From NCBI GenBank assembly GCA_028534125.1, contig CM052841.1, positions 63,178,001 through 63,242,000 on the forward strand: 64,000 bases of DNA. The letters run 5' to 3'. Made by a program: the position numbers and the translations under genes. The stretch's first letter is position 1. The number at the start of each line of letters is the position of its first letter. The notes under the pieces are model-generated. The model did not search any database, had not been told where the DNA came from, and was given only the letters and a program-made list of their open reading frames with translations. Of this stretch, positions 49,218 to 61,310 are shown piece by piece. The DNA comes from Lama glama. Its lineage: Eukaryota.

Positions 49218-52200
49218 GGAGCCCTTCAGGCCCCTCACCTCAAGAAGGAAGGGAGTCTGGGGCCTGGGCTCTGGCCTGGCCCTCTCTCAGCCTCACTGCC
49301 CCATCTACACAAGAAGACGGTGGTTTCAGGGCTCACCTAAATTCCTTCCCACTCCAAGAGTCAGGCGTCCTACGGAGAGTGACCCTTCACATCACATGGG
49401 GGAACCAGCCCAGGCCTTTCCCTAGCAGAGCCTCTTAGCTGCTGATCAGCCTGCCTCTGCCTCTACCGTCCCTGGTGAGCAGATATGCATGACCCTGGCC
49501 CAGGCCTTGCCCTCTCTGAGCCTTGGTCTATCTCACTGCCACATGGGTTGGGGAGGGTGACCCGGAGGTCTGAGCCTGACCCATCTCTGGCTGGTCTGAG
49601 CCCAGATCCCCCATCGGACCCCTGCTGGCGCCCACGTGGCATCAGTCCCTGGCAGGCCAGCCCAGAGGTAGAGTTCAAGGGAAGGGATCCCTGGGGCCCC
49701 TCCAGCCACTACAATAGGTCCAGTCAGGCTCTGCTGAGGGAAGGCCCATGAGGGCTCAGAGCCCCTGGGGGAAGGAGAAGGGCAGAGGTGGGCTCAGGGC
49801 TGGGTCCTTCGTGCTCCCAGGGGAGCCCCCCGCTCCACCCCCACTGGCCCTGCTTGGCAAAGCTGTCGGCAGGAAGAATCCAGTCGGCCGTCAGTCAGGG
49901 AGACAGAGTGGGCCCATTCAAGGAGGGGAGCTGGGAAATTTGATCATTAAGAAACCCTCCTGGCTGTCTGGGGGAATTTAATTAAATTGCTGGAGAGGGC
50001 TGTGAGAGAGGGCCACATCTGGAACCAATATGCGAGCTTTGATTTTTTCCCCTCCTCTCTCCCTCTCATTCCCTCCCCCCCTCGCCCAGCTCTGCTGTGA
50101 AAGAGGAGAGTCCGGAGTACCGGTTCCCCTGGGACACAATTCCCGGCAGACAGAGGCAGAGGGAAGCCAAAGGCAGCGGAGCCCTAGTGGAGGCACAGAC
50201 AGAGGCAGGAGAAGAGAGGGCGGTGAAGACTGAAACAGAAGCAGGGACGGGAGAGCCAGGGAAGAAGAGCGGGGTGCAGCTAGGCTGTGCTCTGGGACTT
50301 GGCTGTGGCGGTGTCAGCAGTGACGAGAGGTAAAGGTTCGCTTGGCAAACCAAGAGAGTAAGCTCCAGAAGATTCCAGAAATCAACATGCTCGGCCAAGC
50401 GTCCCTCGGGTAGCCAGCACTGATCAAACCCCTGCCCTGCCTGAAACATGTGTTGTGGATGAATCTTCCCAACACCCCCCGAAGTGTAGATACCGCTTTT
50501 AGCCCCGTTTACAGATAACAGGGAAGTGACCTGCCTGAGGTCGCAGAGCATGAGTGGCAGTGTCGGGGTTCGATCCCAGGCTGTCTGGATACTGTCTAGA
50601 CGTGCTGCGTGGGTCACTGTGATGGAATCACTTCACTGGGCAGCGGGTGCCGGGCACCGGGCTAGGCTCCTGGGGGGAGCACGCTCTCCTGGGCAAGAGT
50701 TGGCTGAGACAGGAGGTGGGGACAGAGGCCTTGGGGGTCTCTCTCAAGTCCCTGTGGAGCAGGACCCTCCAGGCCTCAGGCTGCAGCCCCGCGGTGGGCC
50801 ACAGGAATGGGCGGATGGCTTCCCAGGCTTGACCCCCACGGCTGAGCCATCTGACACTGGCCTAGACCTTTCAGCCAGATTCCTACACATTAGCAATCCT
50901 GCTCCTGGTCTTCAAGCTTACCATCCCCCTGCCCCCAGGTCCCAGACCCCCAGGCCCAAAAGGCCCCCCAGTCTCCTCCCAGCCAGGGCTGCAGGGAAGG
51001 AACACGGTCTCCACTCTGCAGACAGCCTCTGGGATGATTCCCTTCCTCGTCTAAAACTCAGCACCTGCCCTCCTGCCTGAGCAGCCTGGGGGCCCTTCCC
51101 GGACCCTTTCCATCTCCACCCAGGATGGCTGAAGTTCAGCCCTGGGTTCAACATCCATCTTCACTCCTCCTCTGCAGGCTGTGAGCCTGGAGCGCAGGAG
51201 CCAGCTCGGACTCAGTCCCCAGCGTAGCCCCAGGCCCAGCCCTGCGCAGGCACAGGATGGAGCATGGTACATATTTGTGGAATGGATGTCTCACGATCTT
51301 GGTGCCTGCAGAGCAGGTTAAAGATGTAATTCAAGCCCTTGGCAAAGAAGGGAAGTGAGCAAGGCCAAAAAGGGTGCTACTGCAGCACCCCAGCCCCTTG
51401 GAACCGGTAAGGGTTGGGGCTCTGGGGGTCGGTCCTCTACATGTGCTGAGTCTCCTGCCTGGCTGCCCCTAGACTCTGCCCCCTGTCACCTGCTAAAGTC
51501 TGCTCAAGCTTCAAGAGTCAGTTTAATGCCTCTTCCTTAGGGAAGCCCTCCCTGATACCCTTTCCCCAGCCCACTTCCCTGTGGAGCCCTGATCTGCTCA
51601 CTGCTTACTTCTCTGCTGGCTTATTGACTTCTCCGCAGGACTGGGCTGTCTGGATCACCACTCTCTCCCCAGCCCGCTCCCAGCACTACAAGGCCTTCAA
51701 TAAAAACGTGTTGATAGAGGCTCTAAGCCCTGCATTCACCAGGTGCACCAGTTTGTGGGCTGGGGGTGGGGGTGGGGCAATGGGAACGGGACAGGCCCTG
51801 CCCTCAGGCTCCGCTCTGGGTCTGGGGGAGCAGTGACGGTGACGCGGTGGCCGCTGCTGTAAGTGGATGTGCGCTGTGGTCCGGGCACTAGGCAGATGCT
51901 AGGATCCCCAGCAAAACCTTCCTGCAGCCTCATGGTGACCCCAAGGTGTGTGTGTAACTCTTATCCCTCTGTTGAACAGATAAAAAAGGAAACTTTAGGA
52001 AAACAGGGTGAGGGCTGGAGAGTGACCAAGTTGGGACTGGACTCAGCTCTGTCTGGGGCGGGGTCACTGGCATAACCACAGAGATATATTTCCTCGTGGG
52101 GTGGGGAGGAGGGCCTCGGGGAATCTGAGAGGCCAGTGCTGAGCTGTGGGAGGCAACTGGAGTACGGTGGGGTAGGAAGGCAGAGGACCAGAGGCCAAGG

Positions 52201-52492
52201 CGCTGTACGAAGATCTGGGGGGTCAGAGGGGATGGCGGGGGGCACAAGATGCCACGGTCAAGGCCATGCTAAGGGAGGGAAGCGGGAAGACCAGTGGCAG
52301 CGAAAGAAACCAGACTGCAGGGGCGTCCACACGCCCTGTTAATCCGAAACAAACCAAGAGGGAGACGTGGGGTCCCACTTGGAGGCCCTGACAGGGTGAT
52401 GATATACAGAGTTTTAAATAAATGTATCTCATTAGGGACACGCTGTCTGGCGGGAGAAAAATGAACCTCTTTCCCACCCCTACCTCCCGTCC

Positions 52493-52654
52493 NNNNNNNN
52501 NNNNNNNNNNNNNNNNNNNNNNNNNNNNNNNNNNNNNNNNNNNNNNNNNNNNNNNNNNNNNNNNNNNNNNNNNNNNNNNNNNNNNNNNNNNNNNNNNNNN
52601 NNNNNNNNNNNNNNNNNNNNNNNNNNNNNNNNNNNNNNNNNNNNNNNNNNNNNN
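52493..52654. other. Assembly gap (162 N)
   Basis: Run of N. Confidence 1.
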
Positions 52655-54340
52655 GCCGGAGCGATTACGGGGAGGCCTGTTCATTTCTCAATGACTTACT
52701 GTTCCTGGCTGCTCGGGGAAATGTGCGAGGAATCGGGAGTAATTTAAGGCTCCCTGCAGAAAGGTGTGTAAATCTTTGCATGTCTAAAGAAACTTCACCA
52801 GACCACTAAGTCAGAGGAAAAGAACACTGGGAGACCCCCTCCCCCGCCCCTTCTTTTTTTCCCATTTCTTTCCTTTGGAACTCTGATCTCTTTGATCGTA
52901 AAAATGGTCATATTTCACCCCCAAAATATCAGCAATCAGCGAACTAAGGAAGTGGGAGCCCAGGGGGAGTTTCACCGCCGATTAGGCCTTTGGTTTAATT
53001 ATTTAACGCCTGCCTGGATTGTGTAGGCTGTGAACACACTCTCCTGGCGAGGGTTCAAGAGCAAGTTATAAATAATAATAACTATTATATCCCCAATTAA
53101 GCCGGTGAGCTGGAAGCCTCAGCCCTGTCCTTCAGCCCGCCTGGTCCTGAGCCACCACGCCCCCATTGTGCACAGGCCCCCACCCCCACCCTGAGTGCAG
53201 TGAAGAGTCACCACAGAGTAATCACAGCAAGATGTTGCTGGCCCGCAAGGGAGCGAGGGAGTGAGGGCAGGGCCCGAGGGCTCCGGAAGCCTTTATGAAG
53301 TCTCGGGGCTCCCCGAGGCCTTAGTTAGGCCTGTGCCCCTCACCCCAGCATCCTTCTCCTGACTCCTGGGGAAGGTAGGGCGGGAGCAGGTAGGGGCATT
53401 CACCCAGAGAGAATTCCAGAGAGCTGTGTGGGGGGGGGTGGGTCCCAGGCTGGGTCTTTTCTCCTCTGAGCCTCAGTTTCTCCACCTGTAACAGAAAGGA
53501 GTTCTCCAACAAGGGCCAGCCCAAACCCCTGGCTTGGAAGACGTCTTCGTTGTACAGACAGAGTGCCTGGCCCAACCAAGTTGAGTCTGTGGTTCTCTGG
53601 CTGACGAGGTTGGACCGCAGCATCTCCTCGGAGAGTCCCACCAGGTCTCTGGCCTGGTACTCACCTGAAATGCCTCAGTATACAGTGGGTGCCCAATAAA
53701 TTGCTGTGGAGTGAGTTGTTCAGGACCATTTCCCATTGGTCCATTTCCCTGTGAAGACTGCAGCCTGATGAGGGCAGCAGAGGTGTTGCTGTGGGTCCAG
53801 AGTGTAACATGGGTACCATGCTGTGCCCACCAGGAGCTCTGCACACAGTAGGTCGTCAATAGGAGCTTGTCATTTGGCCCAGAATCTAGGCCTGTCCCAG
53901 CCCTGGGGGTGGGGTCCTTGGGCCTCCAGACCCGCCTGAATGCCACCCTGGCACTGGCCCAGGCATAGTGCACCATGCCAGCCAGGTGTTTCCTGGGCAG
54001 TAGGGAACCTGATCGCCAGCCATTCAACCAGCCATTCACTCTCAGAATAACCATGTATGAAGCCCTACTATGTGCCAGGTCAAGACCTGCATCACTTCTA
54101 CTTTCTTATCCTGTGCAGGCTCTGGGGACACAATGGTGTAAAGGATAGAGCAGACAGCTTACAGACGCGAAGCCGAGGCTCAGAGAGGGAAGCACGTGGC
54201 CTAAAGTCACACAGCAGGTCCACAGCAGATCTGCAGCAGGACAGCCTTGAATCCAGCCACATCTTCCCATTTAGGACAGATCCTCTCTGCTCTCTTGGTT
54301 TTATTAAAGCCTTTTCTCATACCCATAGGTACTCTTTCTT

Positions 54341-54481
54341 TCTTTTTTTTTTTTAATTGTGGGGGGCGAAGACTAGGTTTGTTTGTTGGTTTGTTGGTTT
54401 GTTTAAATGGAGGTATTGGGGATTGAACCCAGGACCTTGTGGATGCTAAGCACGTGCTCTACGACTGAGCTATACTCTCGC
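54341..54481 (-). mobile_element. tRNA-derived SINE, Vic-1-like
   Basis: Antisense head ggggattgaacccaggacc...ctgagctatac and a poly-T tail. TSD: cccataggtactctttctt (54322-54340) / cccataggtgctgtttctt (54482-54500). Confidence 0.88.
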
Positions 54482-54519
54482 CCCATAGGTGCTGTTTCTT
54501 GAATATTTTCCACATGCTG

Positions 54520-54650
54520 AGCTCATGCTGGGTTTATTTACTCAGATCACTTCATCTGATGCTCAGAAAGCCCTGTGAGATCCGTGCCATTGTTATTTCC
54601 AATTTACAGATGAGGAAACTAAAACCCAGAGAGGTTAAGTGACCCCCATC
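54520..54650 (-). mobile_element. MIR SINE
   Basis: ccaatttacagatgaggaaactaaaacccagagaggttaagtgac. Confidence 0.8.
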
Positions 54651-55938
54651 AATGTCACGCTGCTGGAAAATGTCCAATGCAGCACCATTACATCAAAAAG
54701 ATTTAAAATGAAAAGGAAAATGAAAAACTCATGTGAAAGAAGACAAGAGAAATTAATACAGTGACTTGCCACCTGGACAGATAGAGTTACTGTGATTATG
54801 GCTTAACATTAGCTCTGAGGTTCCTGGTAGCCAAGGCAAAAAGGGAAATGCCATAGATTGTCCAAGTCTCATTATTTGATTTCTTTAAAGGAGAAACCAT
54901 AATTCTTCAAGAGAAACAAATAACTTCCTAGCCCTAAATTCTCATGGAACAACCTGGCATGATGGTTAGGAGCCTGACAAACTTACCAGAAGTTAGAGCT
55001 TAAGCTCTCAGAGTCTCTGTTTCCCCTCCTCCCATGGTAATTGTGAGGATGCTGCAAGACAATATGGTTCAGCACATCGCCTGGTTTACAGTAAAGCTCG
55101 TGAAATTTGAGCCCCTGCTGTTATAGAGTGCATCTTTATCTTTAGATTTGCGGGTAGAGCAGAAACACTTTTCAAAAGGGTATAATATTTCAACCCTTGC
55201 TGAGAGCTGAGAACCAGTCACTTCAGCAGGATATCCTGGTTAGGAGGTCCTCAGGAAGGAAACTGAGGCTGGGAAAATTTGGGCAGTGAGCTGAGGGAGA
55301 GAGCCAGATGTCCTGTCCCGTCCGGCTAGGCTCCACTTCCCACAGGGTGGACCCGGGTCTGGGGTGAGCAGGGAGCCCCGCTGTGATAGCAGCCTGACAC
55401 AATATTTACAGAACCCTGGGATCTGTCACGGTCACGCCTGGTCACATCTGAGTCACATCGGCCTGCAATGTTTATGATTCCCCAGACATGCAGCAGTGAA
55501 CACAGTCTGGCCTGTGAGCCTCTGTGTGTAGTCTCTGCAGAACTATCTCCTTCTAAAGAGGCTCTTGGGTATGTGGCCATGGGGGCTGATCAGGTGAACA
55601 GAAGAGCTGCAGGATTCCATGTCACCTCTGTGTCCCCATCTATGAAATGGGCTTGGTCCTTAAGTGACTGACAGTCAAGTGTCTTGCAGAGGTTGTTATG
55701 GAGAAAGAATGACCTGATTATAATTCCATGAGAAACAGAATCATTCCAGTAGAAAAACAGGTAGTGACTATAAACAGACATTGTGCAAATAAGAAATGCA
55801 AGTGGCTATTAAATACCCATAATATTTACCTCTGGCGATTAATTCAAGGTATGCAGATTAAAAGAAGGGAATGTCTTTTGAAATTAGAAATAAATTATTA
55901 TTATCACTCTCTGTGGTCTGAGGGCAGAGGAGATGACA

Positions 55939-56411
55939 CTCAGCATCTTGTCTCCTGGGGAAGCCCAAGATCATCAAAAGGAGAACCAAGAAGTTCATCC
56001 AGTAGCAGTTAGACTGATATGTCAGAATTCAGTGTAACTGGAAAAAACCCAGAGGCATTGACAACAGGATATCCAGAGGATTCAAGATCAAGTTCTTTAT
56101 GTGATTATGTGAACAAGGAAATTAGTACATGCTACCCAGTGCCTTCCTGAAGTTCCTGATCCACAACATCAAGGAGCTGGAAGTAACAATACTGCTAATG
56201 TGCAACAGATCTTACTGTGCTGAGATTGCTCAGTGTTTCCTCCAACAACTGCAGAGCTGTCCTGGAAGAGCAGCCAGCTGGCCATGGGAGTCACCCATCC
56301 CAATGCCAGGTTGTGCAGCAAAGAAAGTGAGTAGACAGTTCACGCGCACGTGTTATTCATGTTAAATAAAATGAATGAAGTGCCTGCCATGAATAAAGAA
56401 AATAAACAAAA
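55939..56411 (+). pseudogene. RPL32: RPL32 processed pseudogene
   Basis: Intronless [34 protein letters not shown]...[32 protein letters not shown]. In-frame stops at 56003 and 56015, indels, original stop at 56332, AATAAA at 56365-56370, A-rich tail remnant. Confidence 0.93.
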
Positions 56412-56531
56412 CAGCTCCTGCTAGCAAGGATACTGAGGCACATCCAGAGGTAAGAATTAATACAACATTTCTGGAGGCTATACAGCAATATTATCAAAAG
56501 TCTTAAATTTTTTGCATTGTCTTTCATTCAG

Positions 56532-57002
56532 TGTGTTTGTTTTCTATTTGCTGCCGTAACAAATGATCACAAACCTAGTGTCTTAAAATAATACAAATGC
56601 AGTATTTTGCCTTTCTGGAGAACAGGCTAAAACCAAGATACCTGCAGGGGTGCACTTCTCTCTGGAGGCTCAAGGGAAGAATCTGTTTTTCTTGTCTTTT
56701 CCACCTTCTAGAGGTGGCCCACATTCCTTAGTTCATGGCTGCCTTCCTCCACCTTCAAAGCCAGCACTACCCAGTCAAGTGTCACACTGCATCACTCCAG
56801 TGGGACTCTATCCCTCTCTTCCACTTTGAAGGACTTTTGTGATTACATTGGGCCCACCCAGATCATCTAAAATGTTCTCCCTGTTTTAAGGTCACCTGAC
56901 AGGTAACATTAATTCCATCTGCTACCTTAATTCTGCTTTGCCATATCCACAAGTTCCAGGATTATAATGTGAACATCTTTGGGATGTTTTCTGCCTACCA
57001 AA
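56532..57002 (-). mobile_element. MaLR LTR (MLT1D-like)
   Basis: ttgctgccgtaacaaatgatcacaaacctagtgtcttaaaa...gtgattacattgggcccacccagat...ttctgcctacca. Confidence 0.85.
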
Positions 57003-57185
57003 TCCAGATATCCTATTTCTAGGTATTTCTTACCAAGAAAATAACTATGGATGTATATCAGTAGGGAATAACGTATTACTAGGTTTTCATTAAAAACAAT
57101 GGTGGACAACAGTAATGACAGTGTACAAGTCATTACAAAGTTGGTACAACATAGTTTGACTTTTATAATATATATGATTATCTTT

Positions 57186-57464
57186 CATTATTATTGAAGT
57201 ATATTTGGTTTACAATGTTGTGTTTATTTCTGGTGTATGGCATAGTGATTCAGTTATACATATATATATATATATATTCCTTTTCATATTATTTTTCATC
57301 ATAGGTTTCTACAAAATATTGAATATAGTTCCCTGTGCTACACAGTATAAACTTGTTGTTTATCTATTTTATATGTAGTAGTTAGTATCTGCAAATCCCG
57401 AACTCCCAGTTTATCCCTCCATAGGCCCCTTCTCCCCCTAGTAACCATAAATTTGTTTTCTATG
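57186..57464 (-). mobile_element. 5'-truncated L1 3' end (artiodactyl-type) with a perfect 15-bp TSD
   Basis: ttattgaagtata...gatt cagttatacata...ttgaatatagttccctgtgcta. TSD tatatgattatcttt at 57171-57185 and 57465-57479. Confidence 0.88.
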
Positions 57465-58078
57465 TATATGATTATCTTTTTCCACTTATCTAGACTATAG
57501 ATAGAAGCTAGAGAGATACACTATAAATTTATTTTTAGCTAACTCTTTTTTCTTGTCTTATTGCTTCTTCTAGGTCTTCAATATTGAATAAATAGGATGA
57601 TTATCGTCAATCTCTTTCATTAAACCAATTAATATATATATATATGTATATATATATATACACAGAATACCTGTTGTGTCTCAGAAATCTCTGGGAGTGG
57701 GATATATGTGTTTTTCTTTTCTTAATTTTACTTATGTTTTCTAAAATCACAATAAGCATATTACTTCTGTAATAAAAGAAGTTAATTTTTCTTTTAAGCA
57801 TGTGAGCTTTTGAGATTGGGGCAAATATGCATTTTTACTCATGGTCAGACCCAGGGTCCAGCTTCCAACAAAGGATTAAGGATCAGCTCCTTTTCCATGG
57901 AATCCTCTCTGGAGAGCAGGGGCCCTCTCTGTTCCCTTCTCTTCCTCCCTGTCCCTGCTAGAGCAGGCCCTGGTTCAATAATCACTTGTAGAACAGAGAA
58001 CTTCCAAACTGGAATCCTGTTTTTCCCTCATTGCCTACTTTGGGTTAGCATCACAGAATTTATCTAAATCACTGTGGA

Positions 58079-58175
58079 GGGGAGCGTATAGTTCAGTGGC
58101 GAAGATTATGCTTAACATGCACAAGGTCCTGGGTTCAATCCCCAGTACCTCAATTAGAAAATAAATAAATAAAAA
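58079..58175 (+). mobile_element. tRNA-derived SINE, Vic-1-like (short)
   Basis: ggggagcgtatagttcagtgg...aggtcctgggttcaatccccagtacctc with an A-rich tail. Confidence 0.85.
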
Positions 58176-58200
58176 TAAATCACCACAGAAGTTGTCTTCT

Positions 58201-58335
58201 AATTTTTTAACTTTGGTAGGGGGTGGTAATTAGGTTCATCTATTTATTTATTACTTTTGGTGGAGGTACCAGGAGATTGAACCTGGGACCTCATGCATGC
58301 TACATGTACTCTACCACGGAGCTATACCCTCCCCC
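58201..58335 (-). mobile_element. tRNA-derived SINE, Vic-1-like
   Basis: Antisense gagattgaacctgggacctcatgcatgc...gagctataccctcccc. Confidence 0.85.
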
Positions 58336-58779
58336 TGGAAGTTATTTATCTTTTAGCTGTATCCCGTTGGGGTAATGAGTTCTGTCCTTAATTGGAGCTT
58401 CCTTGGGCTCATTTCCAGGCTGCATCAGGCCGGGAGCTCTCCCTCAAGGGCTGAGCTTTAGAATAGCAGTCTGCACCTCTTGCCCCACTCTGAAATCCCT
58501 GTGCCACCCCAGCCCCCACCCCTAGGACTGGCAAGGGTAATAACAACCTGATAACAACAACCTAATAATGTCAAATTCACAGGAATCCTTTTGGATTGGT
58601 CCTTTTATTCTACAGGTGATGGATCAGACTGAGAGAGGACCAGCTAGTGACCGCTTCAAGTCCACGTAGCTAGTACATGGCAGTGAATGGATTTAAACTT
58701 GTGTCCCTTCAGCTCTGGAGCCTGAGCTTGCCATTACTGACCTCCATTGCTTTTTGGAATAAATGTTTTTTAAATGATA

Positions 58780-58945
58780 ATTGTTAACACTTACTGAGCA
58801 TACCCCAGGTACCAGGTGCTCCAGGTATATCAACAAACTTAATCCTCCTAACAGCCCATTTTACAGATGAGGCAACCGAGAGGCAAGTGGATTGCTAAGG
58901 CCCACAGCTAGAAAGTGCAAGGTGTGGATTTGAACCCAGGAGCCA
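58780..58945 (-). mobile_element. MIR SINE
   Basis: cccattttacagatgaggcaaccgag...ggatttgaacccagg. Confidence 0.75.
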
Positions 58946-59357
58946 CCTAGGAATGGAACTGAGATGTTCTCTCAGGCCCTTTCCAGTTCCACACGCTGAT
59001 GCTGACAATGTCTCGTGTTCTAGGCCACAGACCCAAGATCTTACCTGTGATGAACTCCCCATAGTGCCCAGGAGGTAAGTACTTCATTAGATCCAGACTA
59101 CAAGGGAGGAGCTGGGTTCAGAAAGGGAAGGTGACATGTCTGAGGTCACACAGCAGTGCGTGGCAGCCTGGGCCTGGCCCCTCGTCTCTGACACCAGGGC
59201 TGTTCTGAATGCTTGGCTGTGCTCTTCCTGGGATAAGCACCCCCATGCTTGGCTTGCTGGGTGCTCCAGCAGGGACAAGGCTCCCAAACAGTCCCCAGAG
59301 CCCCGGCACGGCCCCTCCCTGCTCAGAAAGTTCTCAGCCACTCACACCGTGAACCCA

Positions 59358-59423
59358 GGTGCCCAGGCACCCAGGCCAGCCTTGTTGGGAGGTGCCCAGG
59401 CACCCAGGCCGGCCTTGTTGGGG
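59358..59423. repeat. 33-bp tandem duplication (2 copies)
   Basis: ggtgcccaggcacccaggcc(a/g)gccttgttggg(a/g) x2. Confidence 0.95.
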
Positions 59424-60329
59424 CAGCTTTCCAAAGAAAAAGAATCTCATCGTATCCAAACTCTCAACCTATTCACGTGCATGGATGGCTTGTCACCTTG
59501 GGGGACACTCAGCTTTACTCAGCTTTATCTTGGGGGCGATTCCTTTCTGGGACAAGCCCTCACTCATGCAGAAGCTGGGCTGCTGGGCTGGAGGTTTTCA
59601 GCGGGTGTGTGCAGGGTGGCGTCTCTGTGCTGGAGCCCAGAGGGTAGATTCTGAAGGCCTCCTTTTGGTGGGTTTATTTTTGTTGCTATGACATTACAGC
59701 TCTGCAGTGATGCTGGGACGAGAAAGGGCCAAGCCTCCAGGCAGCCATCCTGGGGAAAGACCTGTGGAAGGCTTACACTCTCAGCTTAACCACCGGGAGC
59801 ATCTTTTTTGTGCTTTCCTTAAAAACAAAAACAACAGCAGAGACCCAAGCCGGCCTCTCTTTCCCTGTCACCCATCTGTCAGTCCGGCTGTCATCTGGCA
59901 GTCTGTCCTCTGTGTGTAAACTAGGAATTCTGGGCGGAAACTCTTTCCTCCCGGCTTGGTTTTCCTTGGGGAGGGCCTGGGGCATCCTGGCCGTGGGCTT
60001 CGAGGTGTGTGTTGGGGGAGGAGAAGCGCGCATACCCCAGAAGCTTGAGGATGTGCTGCTTTGTGGGGGAAAGAACCTGGGGCCAGGTGGAGTGAACAAG
60101 GCGGACCCGGGACTCTTCCGGCCGGCGTTGTGGAGCACGCGGGATGACGGTGGAGTTGAGATTTCCAGATCTTCCCCGCCAACTGTCTCAGAGTCGCTTC
60201 CCCCTTCTCGGCAAAGGAATTTGTAAATGGATGGGGCCTGCTAATCTCTCCACTATCACCTCCCCAGACACTTGTTGGGGGATTATAAAACACACACACA
60301 CACACAGACACTAAACTTTCCCATTCCTT

Positions 60330-61310
60330 AAAACGTGGGTGGGGAGGGTGAAAGGAGGACGCCCCTTCTTCTCCCCCTCCCGCCCCCAGCCTCCAGCTGG
60401 ACTCCCGCGGGACCCCCTCCCTCCCGCCATCCCGGAGGGGTGGGGGCGGACGAGGCGAGGAGGAGCGGGAGGAGGAGAGGCAGGGGGCGAGGTCTGCTTC
60501 AAGAAGGGGCGTGTGGCCGGAGGAGCTCGCGTTTTAGCAACTTCGGAGCGAGCGAGGCGGCAGAGAAGGGGAGGGAAGAAAGTTGGTTTCCCCCGACGTC
60601 AGCGCCGGGCGGGCCGCGGCGGCCGCGGAGCCAGGAGGCGGCCGGGAGCGGGGCCGAGCGCGGGGCGGCCGGGGCGCGCTCGCTCCGACCCGCGCCTGCC
60701 ATCCCCGCCTCGGACCCGCGCCTGCCAGCGCCGCCGGCGACCCCGGGGCGGCCCGCGGGCATGGACAGCGCGGCCGGCGCCGCCTTCGCCCTGGACAAGC
60801 CGGCGCTGGGCCCGGGGCCGCCGCCGCCGCCGCCCGCGCTGGGGCCCGGAGACTGCGCCCAGGCGCGCAAGAACTTCACGGTCAGCCACCTCCTGGACCT
60901 GGAGGAGGTGGCGGCGGCCGGGCGGCTCGCGGCGCGCCCCGCGGCCAGGGCCGAGGCGCGGGAGGGCGCGGCGCGCGAGCCGTCCGGGGGCAGCAGCGGC
61001 AGCGAGGCGGCGCCGCAGGACGGTGAGTGCCGGGCCGGGGCCGGGGCGCGGGACCCGAGGGGCCGTGGGAACGGAAATGCGGGGAGCCGGGGGCTACGGG
61101 GCTGCCGGGGGTAGAGGGGTGCGAGGCTGGAGTCTCGTGGGCCCGAAGGGGCGAGCACGGTCAGGCGACAGAGGCGGGGCGCTGGCTCTGCCCGAGCCCA
61201 GACTGGGCAGGAGACGCGGCGGCAGGACCTCCGGGGGCGCGCGCGGGTGCTGGGCGCTGCCGCCCGAGTGACTGGCTTGGCCCGCCGCCGCCACTGCCGC
61301 CGCAGCCCTA
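60330..61310. promoter_or_regulatory. PRRX2 CpG-island promoter / exon 1
   Basis: Extremely CpG-dense sequence surrounding the PRRX2 ATG. Confidence 0.9.
60761..61022 (+). CDS. PRRX2: PRRX2 (paired related homeobox 2) coding exon 1; the rest of the gene lies beyond the window
   Basis: MDSAAGAAFALDKPALGPGPPPPPPALGPGDCAQARKNFTVSHLLDLEE...SEAAPQD, Kozak gggcATGG, G|GTGAGT donor. Synteny with ASB6/NTMT1. Confidence 0.96.

Noticed and set aside
54717-54736. aaatgaaaaactcatgtg resembles the TWIST1-homeodomain Coordinator motif
   Set aside because: The expected E-box position is mismatched, and the site lies in AT-rich, probably old L1-derived sequence.
60335-61271. Several 150-310 aa overlapping ORFs around PRRX2 exon 1
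   Set aside because: They reflect stop-codon depletion in a very GC-rich island. Only 60761-61022 has a recognised protein and a splice donor.
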